A DNA stretch of 63,700 nt, the filler included, from Basidiobolus ranarum (taxonomy: Eukaryota): the NCBI GenBank assembly GCA_040143965.1. It is 16 parts of 16 records of this genome, joined end to end, with 100 filler letters (N's around TTAATTAATTAA, not from the genome) between each part and the next. Parts side by side here need not be neighbours in the genome. Positions count along the whole stretch, not along the records: positions 47,899 to 51,775 come from JASJQH010009112.1; positions 51,876 to 55,751 come from JASJQH010009113.1; positions 55,852 to 59,726 come from JASJQH010009114.1; positions 59,827 to 63,700 come from JASJQH010009115.1; 12 more parts are not named here. One strand, written 5' to 3'. The notes below the pieces were generated by a model, which saw only the letters and a list, made by a program, of their open reading frames with translations, did not search any database and was not told where the DNA came from. This document shows positions 50,099-62,233 of the stretch, piece by piece (position 1 is the first letter of the stretch; the number at the start of each line of letters is the position of its first letter). The translations under genes were made by a program, and so were the position numbers.

Positions 50099-50734
50099 TT
50101 AGTGACATCCTCGTCCATATTTTTTCAACTTATAATAATTATATGGCAATGGGGCTAAAAACCCAGCTAGCATAGATACACTAAGTATACTGCCAATAGT
50201 GGTAACTCCACTGTCAGCTAAAGTCATTTCAGCTAAAGAACAACCAGTGGATTTAACTAACTGGTTCGATGCATACAAGTTCACCAAATTTTCTGAAGCT
50301 TCCATAACCAACATGGAAATCATGCTCATTCCAGCTGCTGTCCTAAATGCTTGTTTGAGTGAACCAAAGCGTTCCTTGTAAAACAAAAAAACCGTCTCAA
50401 GAGAGATGGAAGTACAAAGCCCTGCCGCCATAGATAAAGGCATACTATAGAGAATAGGTACTTCCGGGTGGTAATTTGTTAAATACATAAACATGGTGAG
50501 ATCTCCTAAAGAACAACCGATTAAGCAACGGGTAGTGTTTACTCCAGCTCGTTTCCATACCCCAGTATCAGACCAAAAAGATAACTTTCTTATGGAGAGT
50601 TGAGAGCTTTCTTTCGAGGGTTCTTCTGTCTTGTGGTGACAACAAGTACTGTAAGTTCTAGGTAAAGTCGTGAGTTTACTGAGTCGTAAACCATTGAAAC
50701 GGAGACTTGGTGTAATGGAAATGGCTCTTATCAT
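50099..50734 (-). CDS. DUF4396-like membrane protein with probable mitochondrial presequence
   Basis: NTTRCLIGCSLGD, SISLET, GMSMISMLVME..N, GFLAPLPYNYYKLKKYGRGCH. N-terminus MIRAISITPSLRFNGLRLSKL is R/S/L-rich with no acidic residues; start choice is inference. Confidence 0.75.
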   Translation of the reverse strand: MIRAISITPSLRFNGLRLSKLTTLPRTYSTCCHHKTEEPSKESSQLSIRKLSFWSDTGVWKRAGVNTTRCLIGCSLGDLTMFMYLTNYHPEVPILYSMPLSMAAGLCTSISLETVFLFYKERFGSLKQAFRTAAGMSMISMLVMEASENLVNLYASNQLVKSTGCSLAEMTLADSGVTTIGSILSVSMLAGFLAPLPYNYYKLKKYGRGCH

Positions 50735-51578
50735 GTTGATATGGGCATGATTGATCCGATATATCTCATATATATATCCACCGATATTTGAGGCATTTAT
50801 GCGAGTATTTGAGCCATTTGTGCCATTGCAGTATGCTGTCAATATGGCTACGGCGTTGAAAGAATATATTATCGTTACACACGTTTTAACTGGTAGATTT
50901 CTTAGATCTGTGAAGCGGATATCAATATTTATGATCTTAAAGAAGTGAACATCGACTATTGAGTCATTACTGGCAAAAATAGCTCAGCATTTATGTTCTT
51001 TTCAAGATATATGAATGCTATGTTACTTCCAATTTCGCTGATACTTACCCACTTTCTATGTCTCATTATATTAAGCTCATTTGATAAGCAGTAAGAATTC
51101 TAAGGGTGTTCATTGAGGATGGAAAATTCTTTGTCTTACCACGTTTTGAATGCAAATTAGGAACCATTTGTACTTACATTTACATAGCATTAACATTTTA
51201 CATGGCAACTACAATGGTCAGTAGAATATATTTTGGTAACAATATTGAAATATTTATCTGATCAATCGCCATATAGAGGGTTGCTATACTGTCAAGGGAT
51301 TGATGGTTTTATTAGTAAGCATTTGTATCAATATCCCATCACTTCTAATATGCTATTAACATATCATCATTGTTAACTGGATATCTAGAATGTGATGAAT
51401 TTTTCAGATACCACGTAACGGCAGTGATAGCCATAATGTCAAGATATCCACTACAACTATATCGGGGTAATATTGATACTTGTAAATGAAATAGAAATCG
51501 ATGCTGAATTAGAATTCAAAAAATTCCATGATTTTATTGTTTAGAGAACTCGGTATATATACATGCAATATATACTAC

Positions 51579-51775
51579 TTAACGACTGTTAGCGGCAACA
51601 GCGGGACGGGCTCCCTTAGCCTGTTGCTTTGAGATCTTAGGTTGAGAAGCACGAGTCTCCTTCTTCTTAATTTGGTCAGCCTTCTTCTGATCCTTAGCAT
51701 CACGAATAGCAGCTTGACGAGCGGCAGCACGTACTTCAGGCTTTTGGTGACGCTTGGCACGGATAGCTTCCCAGG
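51579..51775 (-). CDS. RPL24: 60S ribosomal protein L24 (eL24), C-terminal part
   Basis: WEAIRAKRHQKPEVRAAARQAAIRDAKDQKKA...PKISKQQAKGARPAVAANSR*; this frame is not in the ORF track. Confidence 0.92.
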
Positions 51776-51886
51776 NNNNNNNNNNNNNNNNNNNNNNNNN
51801 NNNNNNNNNNNNNNNNNNNTTAATTAATTAANNNNNNNNNNNNNNNNNNNNNNNNNNNNNNNNNNNNNNNNNNNNATAGCATACAA

Positions 51887-51959
51887 GGACTGGTAGCTCA
51901 GTGGTTAGAGCACCTTGCTAGAGTGAAGGAGGTCCCAGGTTCAATTCCTGGCCAGACCA
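51887..51959 (+). tRNA. tRNA-like gene or pseudogene, short variable loop, anticodon position AGA
   Basis: GGACTGG TA GCTC AGTGGTTA GAGC A CCTTG CT-AGA-GT GAAGG AGGTC CCAGG TTCAATT CCTGG CCAGACC A. A and B boxes intact; one acceptor mismatch and one anticodon-stem mismatch. Confidence 0.7.
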
Positions 51960-54900
51960 ATATTTCTCCCTAAATAATTTCAACATTGACATGACTATAG
52001 CTTTTATATTTCCTTCTTTAATGCCTACAAACCTGGCTTTTGTTCCATTATCCATTAAGTTTCTCCTTCATTCCTTTCCTTTTATTGATAATTGCCCCTA
52101 CAAGCATCATATCTACATTATGAAAACTGGAATTCATTGACAGGTAAGTCAATAAAGGATATGATCCCTATCTTGACTCTGTGTTGAGAGTTTATTGCCC
52201 TAATTCTCACCAAATTTAGATTACTATATAATTCACCTTTAAACACTATATCTACATCCATAAAACTTAAATATACCAGTAGCTGAGTCCATCAAAGATA
52301 TGATCCTATACTTTCATAGTGTCTCAGGAGATTGCTATACTAATTCTCACTCTATTTTGATGAGGTTATGAGCCAAAATATTTTCATATTACCTGGTGTA
52401 TTTATCCCCCTCCAAAAGATTTAAACATCTCATATACTTAACTGAAAGCTATGATTTTTGAAATGTAAGCTACTTGGGCAGAAATTACCTAGGTTATACA
52501 AACTTAAATGCTGGGGCAGAATTTGAAACTAATTTAGCCAGTATTGCTAGGGAATAATGAATATCAATGATACTACTGTGAGATTGATTTTTTAACAGAG
52601 GAGGCTAAATATTACTGAGTGTCTTTCCAATGCCTAAGTGAACTCAGAGTGGTGATGATCACTTACTGACTAACTGCTTTTATATTATTATATATAAGCC
52701 TACCACAAAGTATTTAATACAACATATGATTCATCTAATTCATTTGGCATATGTTGAGCTATAATTAGTTGCTATATGCATCATTGGGTAGGGCACATTA
52801 TATAGGTTAGGCCGAGTGACACTGTAGATCTCAGCAACTTCCATTCTTACTTAGGGCCTACTATATTGGATTTGCTCAGGTTAGTCCCCACTAAATAGGA
52901 TGGTGCTATAACACCAACTATTTGATTATGAGATTGAACTAAGATGTATCTCATTTCAACTTGATGCAATAATCAGGCAGAAATATGAAATCCATGTTGT
53001 AGGTGCAACTTACATTTGGGATAGACTAACCATGGCCCAGATGTACCTGAGCCAACAGCCAACACTAATATAGGGTTGGGGTCATACTTTCTCTTTATGT
53101 CTACATCTCATAGCATACAGACTGAAGAATAAATGATAAATCATGAAACTAAACATATCAAAAATAGGCAGACTTTGTTAACATAAATCAAGCACTGACT
53201 AGAAATGTAAAATTGGGATGTATCCTGCTCAATCCTAGCTCTCTTAGATCAACATCATTGCTATAAGTGATGAATGAAAGTTTACCTTATTGTTAATACT
53301 CATCTCAATGCAGCCTATGATCATGAGAATGTCATCAAGTTCTTATTGAAGAAGTCTATAAAAGGCATTCTGTATCCCTTCTCATCACATCATGATTTTT
53401 CTTACACACTAAATATATTTACCTTCTGAGATCTTGAAATATCTTTAAAATAGTGGTTGAAAAAGGCAATACCATCTATGTTCCAGCTTAATACCTTGGA
53501 CAAAAGGAAAAAAATGCTTACCTGGAGCCCAAATCTTTGCACTTGAGAAGAGAAATACTACATTTGTAAGTTCATCAACCAAGTAATGGGTATGACTCTC
53601 CTTCTTCTGACATTTTTCCCAGTATTTACGTGTACCAACAGTGATTATGACTAAAGGTGATGAGGACTTAATCTACATATAAGCCAGCAAGTTTCAGGAG
53701 TTCAAGAACAAGAAACAAGAAGGTGGAGAGTTCACTCCAAACTATTTGCAGGCTCTGTTACCTTGACTAGAGTAATAAGCACTACCAAGTGAGATATTTG
53801 CTCTGTATGAATATATGTTGAAAAGTCATGACCAATATGTACTAATTTTGATTTACCTTGAGTCCTGCTTTGTTGAGGGCGCTATAAAAATGCATGGAAA
53901 CATGGCCACAGACTTGATTAGCAAGGCCAGTTACACTCAAACTAGTAAGGCTACCAAGATTGCACAGAACTTCATTGGTTATTATTTTTACAACTTCTAG
54001 GCTGCCTTCCTTTGCTATCTCCTGTTGAGTGCATAACCCCTTTTAATGATGGTTTTGAATTGGTATTTCTCAATAAAATGGGCATGAGGATTAATAAGTA
54101 GGCTGTTTTACAAGGTTGTGAACTTTGTGTTAAGTGAGTTTTGATGATTGGAAAAATCTAATAAAACCACATGCCAGCAATGGTAGCACTCAGCAAAGTA
54201 GACATAGTAACCCACAGCATGGCTCCCAAGGCACTAATTTGAATACCAAAAGATGCCAAGTTAGCAAATCTATAAAGATAATAAATATTCAAAGATGAGG
54301 TTCTTCTTCAAATCATATCTGCAGTGATTAATCTACAAATGTTGTGAGTTCATTGACAAATATGTTAGTGAATCAGAACTAAGAATAACCTCATGAAAGG
54401 ATAGAATTAATATCCAACTATAAGTGCAAGAGTAAGAAAGTCCATATTTAAGAAGTTTCCCACCTTAATTAGGAAGGAAGCAACCAAGGCTGGAAGAGAA
54501 ACAAATGAAATATTGGTAGCATAAATCAACAACCTTTGTCTTCACTCTAGGGAATTTGTGTAGCAAATCCTGAAGTAATGACAGAATGAGGCTTAGTGCA
54601 AGTCACAGTAGCCAAAAATGATGTATTTGAAAAATGGGTTGATATTGATGAATCTCTACTCAAACTATGAATGTAGAGCAAGTATCAGTATTTTACTCCA
54701 TACCTCTAGCTGGAGAGATGGAAGCTTGGTTATATGTTCAGCTTAAAGGCTGGGATGGGTTCTCTCAAAGAGTTCTCTAGAAGGGAAAACAATTACATCT
54801 TAGTACCTGGTGCCCATGACACACTCTTGAGCCATCACTACATATCTTCATTCCAGCAGTATCTGTGCACAGAACTAAGTTGAGCAATCTTTATATATAC

Positions 54901-55851
54901 ATCTCATGTCACCTAACCATTGATTCTTAGTGCATCATTGCTTTCACTATTGAGCTCTGAAGCAATGGCAATGATCTTGATTCTAACTTACAATGTTTAT
55001 TATACTTTGCATGTGTTTTGTTACTTCTGTCCTTCCTCACTTTTATAGGTCACTTTGTGTTGATATTTACTCAAGGTTCTATAATGCAAGTGTAAATATT
55101 TTATCTATTTATGTATTATGTACAATTCAATGGTACCTAATATGTCAGTTCACACTGGAAACTATAAGTAAAAGCAATATGACATTCTGTATAAATCCTG
55201 GATCATACACTTGTAGCAAGAGGTCATCAGTTAGCCAAATGTTGTTGTATCATAATTGTAAGTTTAATGATTGTACAAAGTTGGTGTAATGGTTAACACA
55301 AATAAACCAAAATGAAGGTTGGTTAGTATGTTGATTAATACGCACTAGTCGGTGTGGCCCTTTATTTACCAAGATGTTACTGAAAATATTGTTCAATATG
55401 GAGATGCTTTTATTAGTAGAATCTCTTATTGGTTTGTGACTCCTTTGACTGCTATTGTCATTTAACTCGCACTGTCAAATATGTTGGAGAATCACTCAGC
55501 CATAACTGGAACAAATAAATGAGAACAAATAATCTATTCCAGGCAATCAGCAGCTTGAAGTAGGGAAGAAGTTTGTGCCCACGGTACTGTTGTTTCTGTA
55601 GAGCATCACTTGGACCAAGTATCACAGAATATCAATAACTAGTGAGAAGAAACTGCAATCAGAAAATATCTCGGCTAACCCCGCCAGAATTCCAATTTTG
55701 GGCAGCATCAATTACAACACCAATTAATCCCTGAGGCGCCTTCTACTCGACNNNNNNNNNNNNNNNNNNNNNNNNNNNNNNNNNNNNNNNNNNNNTTAAT
55801 TAATTAANNNNNNNNNNNNNNNNNNNNNNNNNNNNNNNNNNNNNNNNNNNN

Positions 55852-56690
55852 TATTAAGGCTAATATCATTGTATGTATTGGTAACACTCCTGACATCAGT
55901 AAACTTGGAGGTTTTTGCAGGCACAATGCACTATCTTGCTGTAGATTTTGTCAAATCAATGGTGTTTACTCTATCAGGCATATGCATTATTACTATCAAA
56001 ATACAACACTCAAGTCTATGATTTTACCATCAAGAGCCCGGTCAGATTTCAACATGCTCACTGATATTAATTTATCAAATAGTCAGTCTAACATCAAACT
56101 TGGTAGTAGCCATAAGCTTAAGATTATATTGCTAAAGAGGATCAGCTGGAGCCACAGCTTCCCATTAGGTGCTATGCACTTACTATTCTACAACATTCCA
56201 ATACTACTTACTCAACAATATAGTGCAAAATTCAATATGAATGAGCCACTTGAGATAGGATCAAAGTTTGAATCAATTGGGAAAATGCTTGAAAACATCA
56301 AGAAACCATCATATTTTACCAAGACTCCCATCAATTTCCACTTATCTAGGCTTTAATTCAAATGCAAAGACTGAAAGAATTGGATTTGTATATATTTGAG
56401 TGGAATTTTGAAAAGATTTCTGCCTGATACATATTGGCAACATTGGGAGTTGTTTGTCTATATTGTTAATATATTCTTCCAACATCAACTCACATTGGCA
56501 GATCTCAGGCAGATACAGCAACCATGCAAAGATTTTGTAATTGGATATGACAAACTTTATTGCAGGTTTAAAGAAGATAGACTGAATCTATGCTGGTATT
56601 CAATACATTGTCTGCTACATCTTTCACAATGCTTAGAGATTTTAGGCCTTTGCTATACATTCTGGGAGTTCCCAATGGAGTGGACCTGAA
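55852..56690 (+). mobile_element. Degenerate CACTA/EnSpm (CMC) Tnp2-type transposase, copy 1
   Basis: CIGNTPDISKLGGFCRHNALSCCRFC (compare GDxPAxxK..GHN..CRxC), SFPLGAMHLLFYNI, FVIGYDKLY..RLNLC..IHCLLHL..LG..FWEFPME. Confidence 0.8.
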
Positions 56691-57198
56691 TGCTATGACT
56701 TACGACCAGCATGCCAAAACTACTGGTGTTGCAAAATACAGCAACTGTGAGATCCAATGGAAGATTGAAATATTGTATGAGTGAGATATAGATGATTGGC
56801 CTACATACACATGAATATCTTTGTTATGCAATTGATCAGGTAATTTACAATATGAGTTGTTTATGGTTATATGTTCAACAGTTGCTAAGTAACAAACCAG
56901 GGGATTAATTTGTATTGTCAGTTACCCAAAATCTTGATTCAGCAATACCAAATAGGGTAACTTGGTACAAGCTGGCAAAATATTTACAAAAAAATGATCA
57001 TATCCATTTGTGGTGAGATGGTGCCCTACTATTTATTACAGTGTCCAATCAGGTGTTATGGGAGCTCTCTATATTAAATCACCAATCATGGCAGATAGTA
57101 TGCTAGTGGGCTGCATCCAGCAACCCAATCCAACCAGGTGCAATGGAACAAGTCAATGCATGCTGTTGGTAGTTCCTTTAGTTTTGCAAAGATACTTC

Positions 57199-58248
57199 TG
57201 TTGAAATTAGGTAAATATAAACTCATTATTTAGTAGTTAGTTTATTGATACTCTGATAATTTAGTACTCAATTCTGTCTATCAAAAATGAGTGTTTATTG
57301 CTCTCACTGATAGAAATATCAATTAATTCACTTTTAACAATTTACATTAATTTCTCAAATGTTATCCAAGTCACCTCAAATTTTTACCCATCCTTAACAG
57401 GCATGTTTGTTATAATCTAAACATGTCCAAAAGTTCTATTTCATTGTTAACTATAAATAGGACATATTCAATTCAATAAAACTTAAGTGTCTAATTCACA
57501 AATCCAAATCTTGTCCAAAACACTTCTAAATCCCCTGGACACTTTTATCAGGTTATGAGCCCTGATATAGCTGTTAAAGGAATGCCTACCAGTACTATTA
57601 CCAATGTTTTTGCATACACAGAGCAGTTTGATGGTGAAGACTTTCACCTTTGGAAGTTCAAGATGCAAATGGTGCCAGAAGACAAGGACCTTTGGGGATT
57701 TGTTACAGCAGTAGATATTGAGTAAAAGGGACCACCAGAAGCTATCATTGCCTTTCACAAGAAGCAGATGAAAGCACTCTCTTTACTTTGTCTACATCTC
57801 CGAGACCCTCTATTGAGACAAATACAATAAGCCAAAAACATCCAAAATGCTTGGGAAAAACTTGAGGGACTATACAAAACTAAAGATCATGCATACAGGC
57901 TATGTATTAGGCTAAAGTTACTCTTAATTCAGATTCATTCTGATGAATCTATGCTTACTCATATATTTCAGATAAAAACTATGGCAGATCAGCTCTCATC
58001 TATTGGAGCACCTCTAAATGAAGATGACTTAGTCATAAATAAAATGCCTGTTAAGCATGGGTGAAAATATGAGGTGATTTGGATGAGTTTTGAGAAAATA
58101 GTGAATATTGGTAAAGTGTTCTAACTGATATTTCTATCAATTAGGGCAATAAACACACATTCTTGAATGGCAGAACTGAGTGCTAAATAATCACAATATG
58201 AATAAAGTAACTACTGAATAAAGAGTTGCCATTAACCTAACTTCAACA
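57199..58248 (+). mobile_element. Copia family B 5' LTR (57199-57550), PBS, degenerate gag, interrupted by an inverted LTR fragment (58043-58248)
   Basis: TGTTGAAATTAGG...TATCA|GGTTATGAGCCCTG; gag EQFDGEDFHLWKFKMQM..DKDLW, AWEKLEGLY and QLSSIGAPLNEDDLV. Confidence 0.85.
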
Positions 58249-58554
58249 AAACCAAAGACCATGCAATATGCAGAAGGTTCTTGACTTGTTCAATGTGGAA
58301 TAATCTGGATTTTTACAAGCCAAAGGCAATTGGGCTAGTATAGGCCTATTCCATTGAATGTCAACAAAATGTTTGTAATTATCCACTTGGAGAGGAAAGA
58401 AAAACAGCTAAAGCTGTACCAAGAAACAAGAAGTGAATAAACCTAAGTCCCACCTGTCAATTGCTTCTCACCATTTCTGAGGCCAGCATTTTTTGAGTCA
58501 GACATATCAGCAGATACAATGTGAAAAAAGCTTGATCTTACAAGGTAACCACTA

Positions 58555-59726
58555 ATATCAGTCAAGCCTAAGATTATATTGCTAAGGGGGATCAGCTGGG
58601 CCAGAGCTTCCCATTGGGCACTATGCACTTACTGTTCAACAACATTCTAATACTACTTACACAGCTATATAGTGGAAAATTCAATATGAATGAGCCATTA
58701 GAAATAGGATCAAAGTTTGAATTAATTGAGTAAATGCTTCAAAACATTGAGATACCATGATATTTCTGCCTGATAAGTATTGGCAACATTGGGTGTTGTT
58801 TGTGGGTGTTGTTAATAAGTTCTTATTGCATCAACTCACATTGGCAGATCCCAGGCAGATACAGCAACTATGCTAAGATTTTGTAATTCGATATGAAAAA
58901 CTTTATTGCAGGTTTAAAGAAGACAGACTGAATCTATTCCAGTATTCAATACATTCCCTGCTGCATATCTCAAAATGCTTAGAGATTATAAGCCCTTGCC
59001 ATACATTCTGAGAGTTCCCAATGGAGTACACATATGGTGAAATGATGCGCCATGTGAAATTAACAGTATTACTGTATGCTAATCTGATTAACAATGTATC
59101 AGCAAAATCTGCAATGGATGTAATGCAATGGGTTAAGGAGAGTCCAGGGTATATTAACCTTCCAACAAAGGGCCGTTTTCAAAGTTCTCACTGAAGTTTT
59201 GGTAGTGAAAGATCATTGGTTATGAATCTTGTGAATCATATTGATTTGAGTCTAGGCTAATGACTCAGAGGTTAATACTGATTGAATAATGATCATGTGA
59301 ATGGTCATATGATCTGATAGAAGGGATAAGAAAATAGATAAATAGTCATGTGATAAGTCACATGATAGGGTCACTGTATAAGGTCAGGTGACTAGTATGT
59401 GTTGCTGATAAACTAAACAGATATTCAAGCAAGTTTAATAGATATGGCATAAGTTAGACAACTTTGTATGTTGATGCACAACAATTACTACTATCCAAAT
59501 ATAACACTAAACTTCATGATTTTATCATCAAGAGCCTGGTCAGATTTCAACATAATCACTGATATCAATTCACCAAATAGTCAGTCTTGTATCAAACTTG
59601 GTATTAGCCATAAGCCTAAGATTATATTGCTAAAGGGGATCAGCTGGAGCCAGAGCTTCCCATTGGGCACTATGCACTTACTATTGAACAATATTCCAAT
59701 ACTACTTACTCAGCTATATAGTGGAA
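58555..59726 (+). mobile_element. CACTA/EnSpm transposase fragments, copies 2 (~58555-59200) and 3 (~59480-59726)
   Basis: Direct repeats of the 55980-56690 sequence (AAGATTATATTGCTAAAG..GATCAGCTGG.CCAGAGCTTCCCATT). Confidence 0.8.
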
Positions 59727-59826
59727 NNNNNNNNNNNNNNNNNNNNNNNNNNNNNNNNNNNNNNNNNNNNTTAATTAATTAANNNNNNNNNNNNNNNNNN
59801 NNNNNNNNNNNNNNNNNNNNNNNNNN

Positions 59827-61002
59827 GGCGAACATTCGTTCTCTTTTATGCCGCATCTGCGCGGAGTTAATGTCAATGCAATCAGAAAGAAGACTGGTGT
59901 TTCCGAAAAGGAATTAATTGAGCATTGGAGTCTTCTAGTTGAGGAGATTGAAACATCAAGAGCAACGCTCGATGAGGAATGTTATAACCTGTACTTAAGT
60001 GGATATGGCTGCATGAATTTGCTGGATTCTAAAAAATATCCTATTGACCATGTCAAAGAACTGTTAGTATCTGCCCCTAAGAAAAACCTTTCCCCAGGCC
60101 TAGAAACATATCAAGCCGCGATGGCTAGTTATGCCAGAACAGGGGAATTCGCAGATAGTCCCAAGCTCAGACTGCAAAGAGTCCTTGAAATTAATCAAGT
60201 TATGGTGGGCAAGGGATTGGAGTGTGACTCGACTACTTTCCATCATATGTTCGAAGCATGCCTCCCTCACCAAATTTTTGCATACGGACCTGAAGCCAAC
60301 ATCAATTCCTTCAAATATGCCAACTTGAACTATGCCTTCGATTGGTCTGTTTACGACATTGAGCGTATGATGATGAAGCAAGGAGTCTCACACGACCGTA
60401 AAACGCTGTTAGCTATGTTTTATGCTTTTGCATTTGGTGGCCAATATGAGTCTATCAAGCGCCGTTGGCGTGAATTAAGTCTTTCGCGAGTTCATCGTGA
60501 TAGAGGCTTGTATACCTCTCTAATCTCTATACTCAAGGAAGACCACAAAGAGGCTATCTACGCTTTAACAGTGGTTCGTCATCAAATGTCGAGGGAAAGT
60601 CCGCCCGTTGAACCTGACGCCAATCTTTACAAGTTGCTGTTTGATTGCTGTTCCTTGACAAAAGACACCTCGGCCACTCTTGATGTATTGGATGCTCTAA
60701 ATACAAGTAATGTGCAGCCTACTGAGGCTATGCATGAGGCTCTGGTGAAGGCTTGTTTAAGTGCGCCCAGATTGATAGACCGAGCCATGGAGGTGATCAA
60801 TCGAGCCAAAATTCAAGAGATATCTCTCACTAATGCAACATGGGAGATGATGATTACACACCTGTTAACTAAAGAAAAAAATGTTAAAGAAGCGAAATTC
60901 ACATTCAATGCATACACATCAATCCGATTACTTAATAGAGTTCCTCCATCCGATTGGATTCGCGTCATGCAAGCGGAGCTTGAAAGCAAGAAGCGAAAGT
61001 GA
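59827..61002 (+). CDS. Pentatricopeptide-repeat protein, C-terminal part (probably mitochondrial)
   Basis: Degenerate ~35-aa helical repeats: YNLYLSGYG, PGLETYQAAMASYAR, DSTTFHHMFEAC, PDANLYKLLFDCC, PTEAMHEALVKAC, TWEMMITHL. Confidence 0.8.
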   Translation, partial: GEHSFSFMPHLRGVNVNAIRKKTGVSEKELIEHWSLLVEEIETSRATLDEECYNLYLSGYGCMNLLDSKKYPIDHVKELLVSAPKKNLSPGLETYQAAMASYARTGEFADSPKLRLQRVLEINQVMVGKGLECDSTTFHHMFEACLPHQIFAYGPEANINSFKYANLNYAFDWSVYDIERMMMKQGVSHDRKTLLAMFYAFAFGGQYESIKRRWRELSLSRVHRDRGLYTSLISILKEDHKEAIYALTVVRHQMSRESPPVEPDANLYKLLFDCCSLTKDTSATLDVLDALNTSNVQPTEAMHEALVKACLSAPRLIDRAMEVINRAKIQEISLTNATWEMMITHLLTKEKNVKEAKFTFNAYTSIRLLNRVPPSDWIRVMQAELESKKRK

Positions 61003-61481
61003 AGATTCGGTTAAAGGCACCCTATACTATATTCTCTACACTCCACATTCAATGGACACACATCAGATTTCATTTTCATCTTTGCATGTTTGATTATTTC
61101 CTCATCCACCCTCATTCCGGTTGTTCACTATATGGTATAGACCTCATTTTCACGATGTACATTGATCAACCACATTTTTTTATGAATAAATCGCATTCGT
61201 TTTTTTACTGTTGGTTTCTACCACTAATGTCACAGATCAATTGCAGCCTTGCTTTCTGTACTCCATCGGAATTGAATATTTTTAGAAACAATATCTTGAT
61301 GAGCTTGGATTTTGGATAACTGCTGATGAAAATTTGGAATATTCACTCTCCATGAGAAAATGATCCATGAATTTGCAGGACACGGGACCGATCACTTCTA
61401 AATTCGACGATTCAATAAAAGATATTCCGAGAAGTAACGCATGTCCTTCTCTCCAGTTTATCGTACGTCCGTTCAATCGTA

Positions 61482-62233
61482 ATGGTCAGTATTTCAATGT
61501 TTTATTAATAATCTCCACTTTAACATGCTGGCGGTATCACCTCATCGTAAGTTTTAGTGGCTGGAGTGTGGTCGAACCTATACCACAGGAAGCATACCTT
61601 ACGATGGATGAATCGACTATATGAATACGATTAATGGTGGAATTTCCTACTAAACTGAACTTGATGTTCCTATTTTAGGGTATCGACATTAAGAAACATC
61701 ATGTCAAGAAGGGCACCAGAACTGAGCCTGGTAGCCAGGATGTCTACCTTCGTTTGTTGGTGAAGTTGTATCGTTTCCTTGCCCGTCGTACTGACGCCAG
61801 CTTCAATAAGGTTATCTTGAAGCGTCTCTTTATGTCCCGCGTCAACCGTCCCCCTCTTTCCATCTCTCGTTTGGCTCGTTATGTCCGTGGCAAGGAAGGC
61901 AAGATTGCTGTTGTTGTTGGTACTGTTACTGATGATGAACGTCTATTGGAGGTTCCTAAACTCTCTATTTGTGCCCTCCGTGTCACCAAGACCGCTCGTG
62001 CCAGAATTCTCAAGGCCGGTGGTGAAATCATCACTTTCGATCAATTGGCTCTTCGTGCTCCTACTGGTGCTAACACCATTCTCTTGAGAGGTCCTAAGAA
62101 CTCTCGTGAGGCTGTTAAGCACTTTGGTGCCGCTGGTGTTCCCAATGGTCATGCCAAACCTTATGTTCGTTCCAAGGGACGTAAGTTTGAACGTGCTAGA
62201 GGTCGTCGTGCTAGTCGTGGTTACAAGAACTAG
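61482..62233 (+). CDS. RPL18: 60S ribosomal protein L18 (eL18); ATG-only exon 1, intron 61485-61678
   Basis: ATG|GTCAGT...TTTTAG|GGT ATC GAC gives [30 protein letters not shown] and [14 protein letters not shown]; pyrimidine tract upstream. Confidence 0.96.

Noticed and set aside
52900-54700. Probable decayed coding sequence of a transposon in CpG-poor DNA
   Set aside because: No diagnostic motif could be read in any frame, so it is left unassigned.
3904-59826. Regularly spaced identical TTAATTAATTAA palindromes, and apparent gene clusters across them
   Set aside because: These are artificial linkers between size-sorted contigs. They are not biological repeats and give no evidence of linkage. 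ORFs ending in X...LIN are artefacts.
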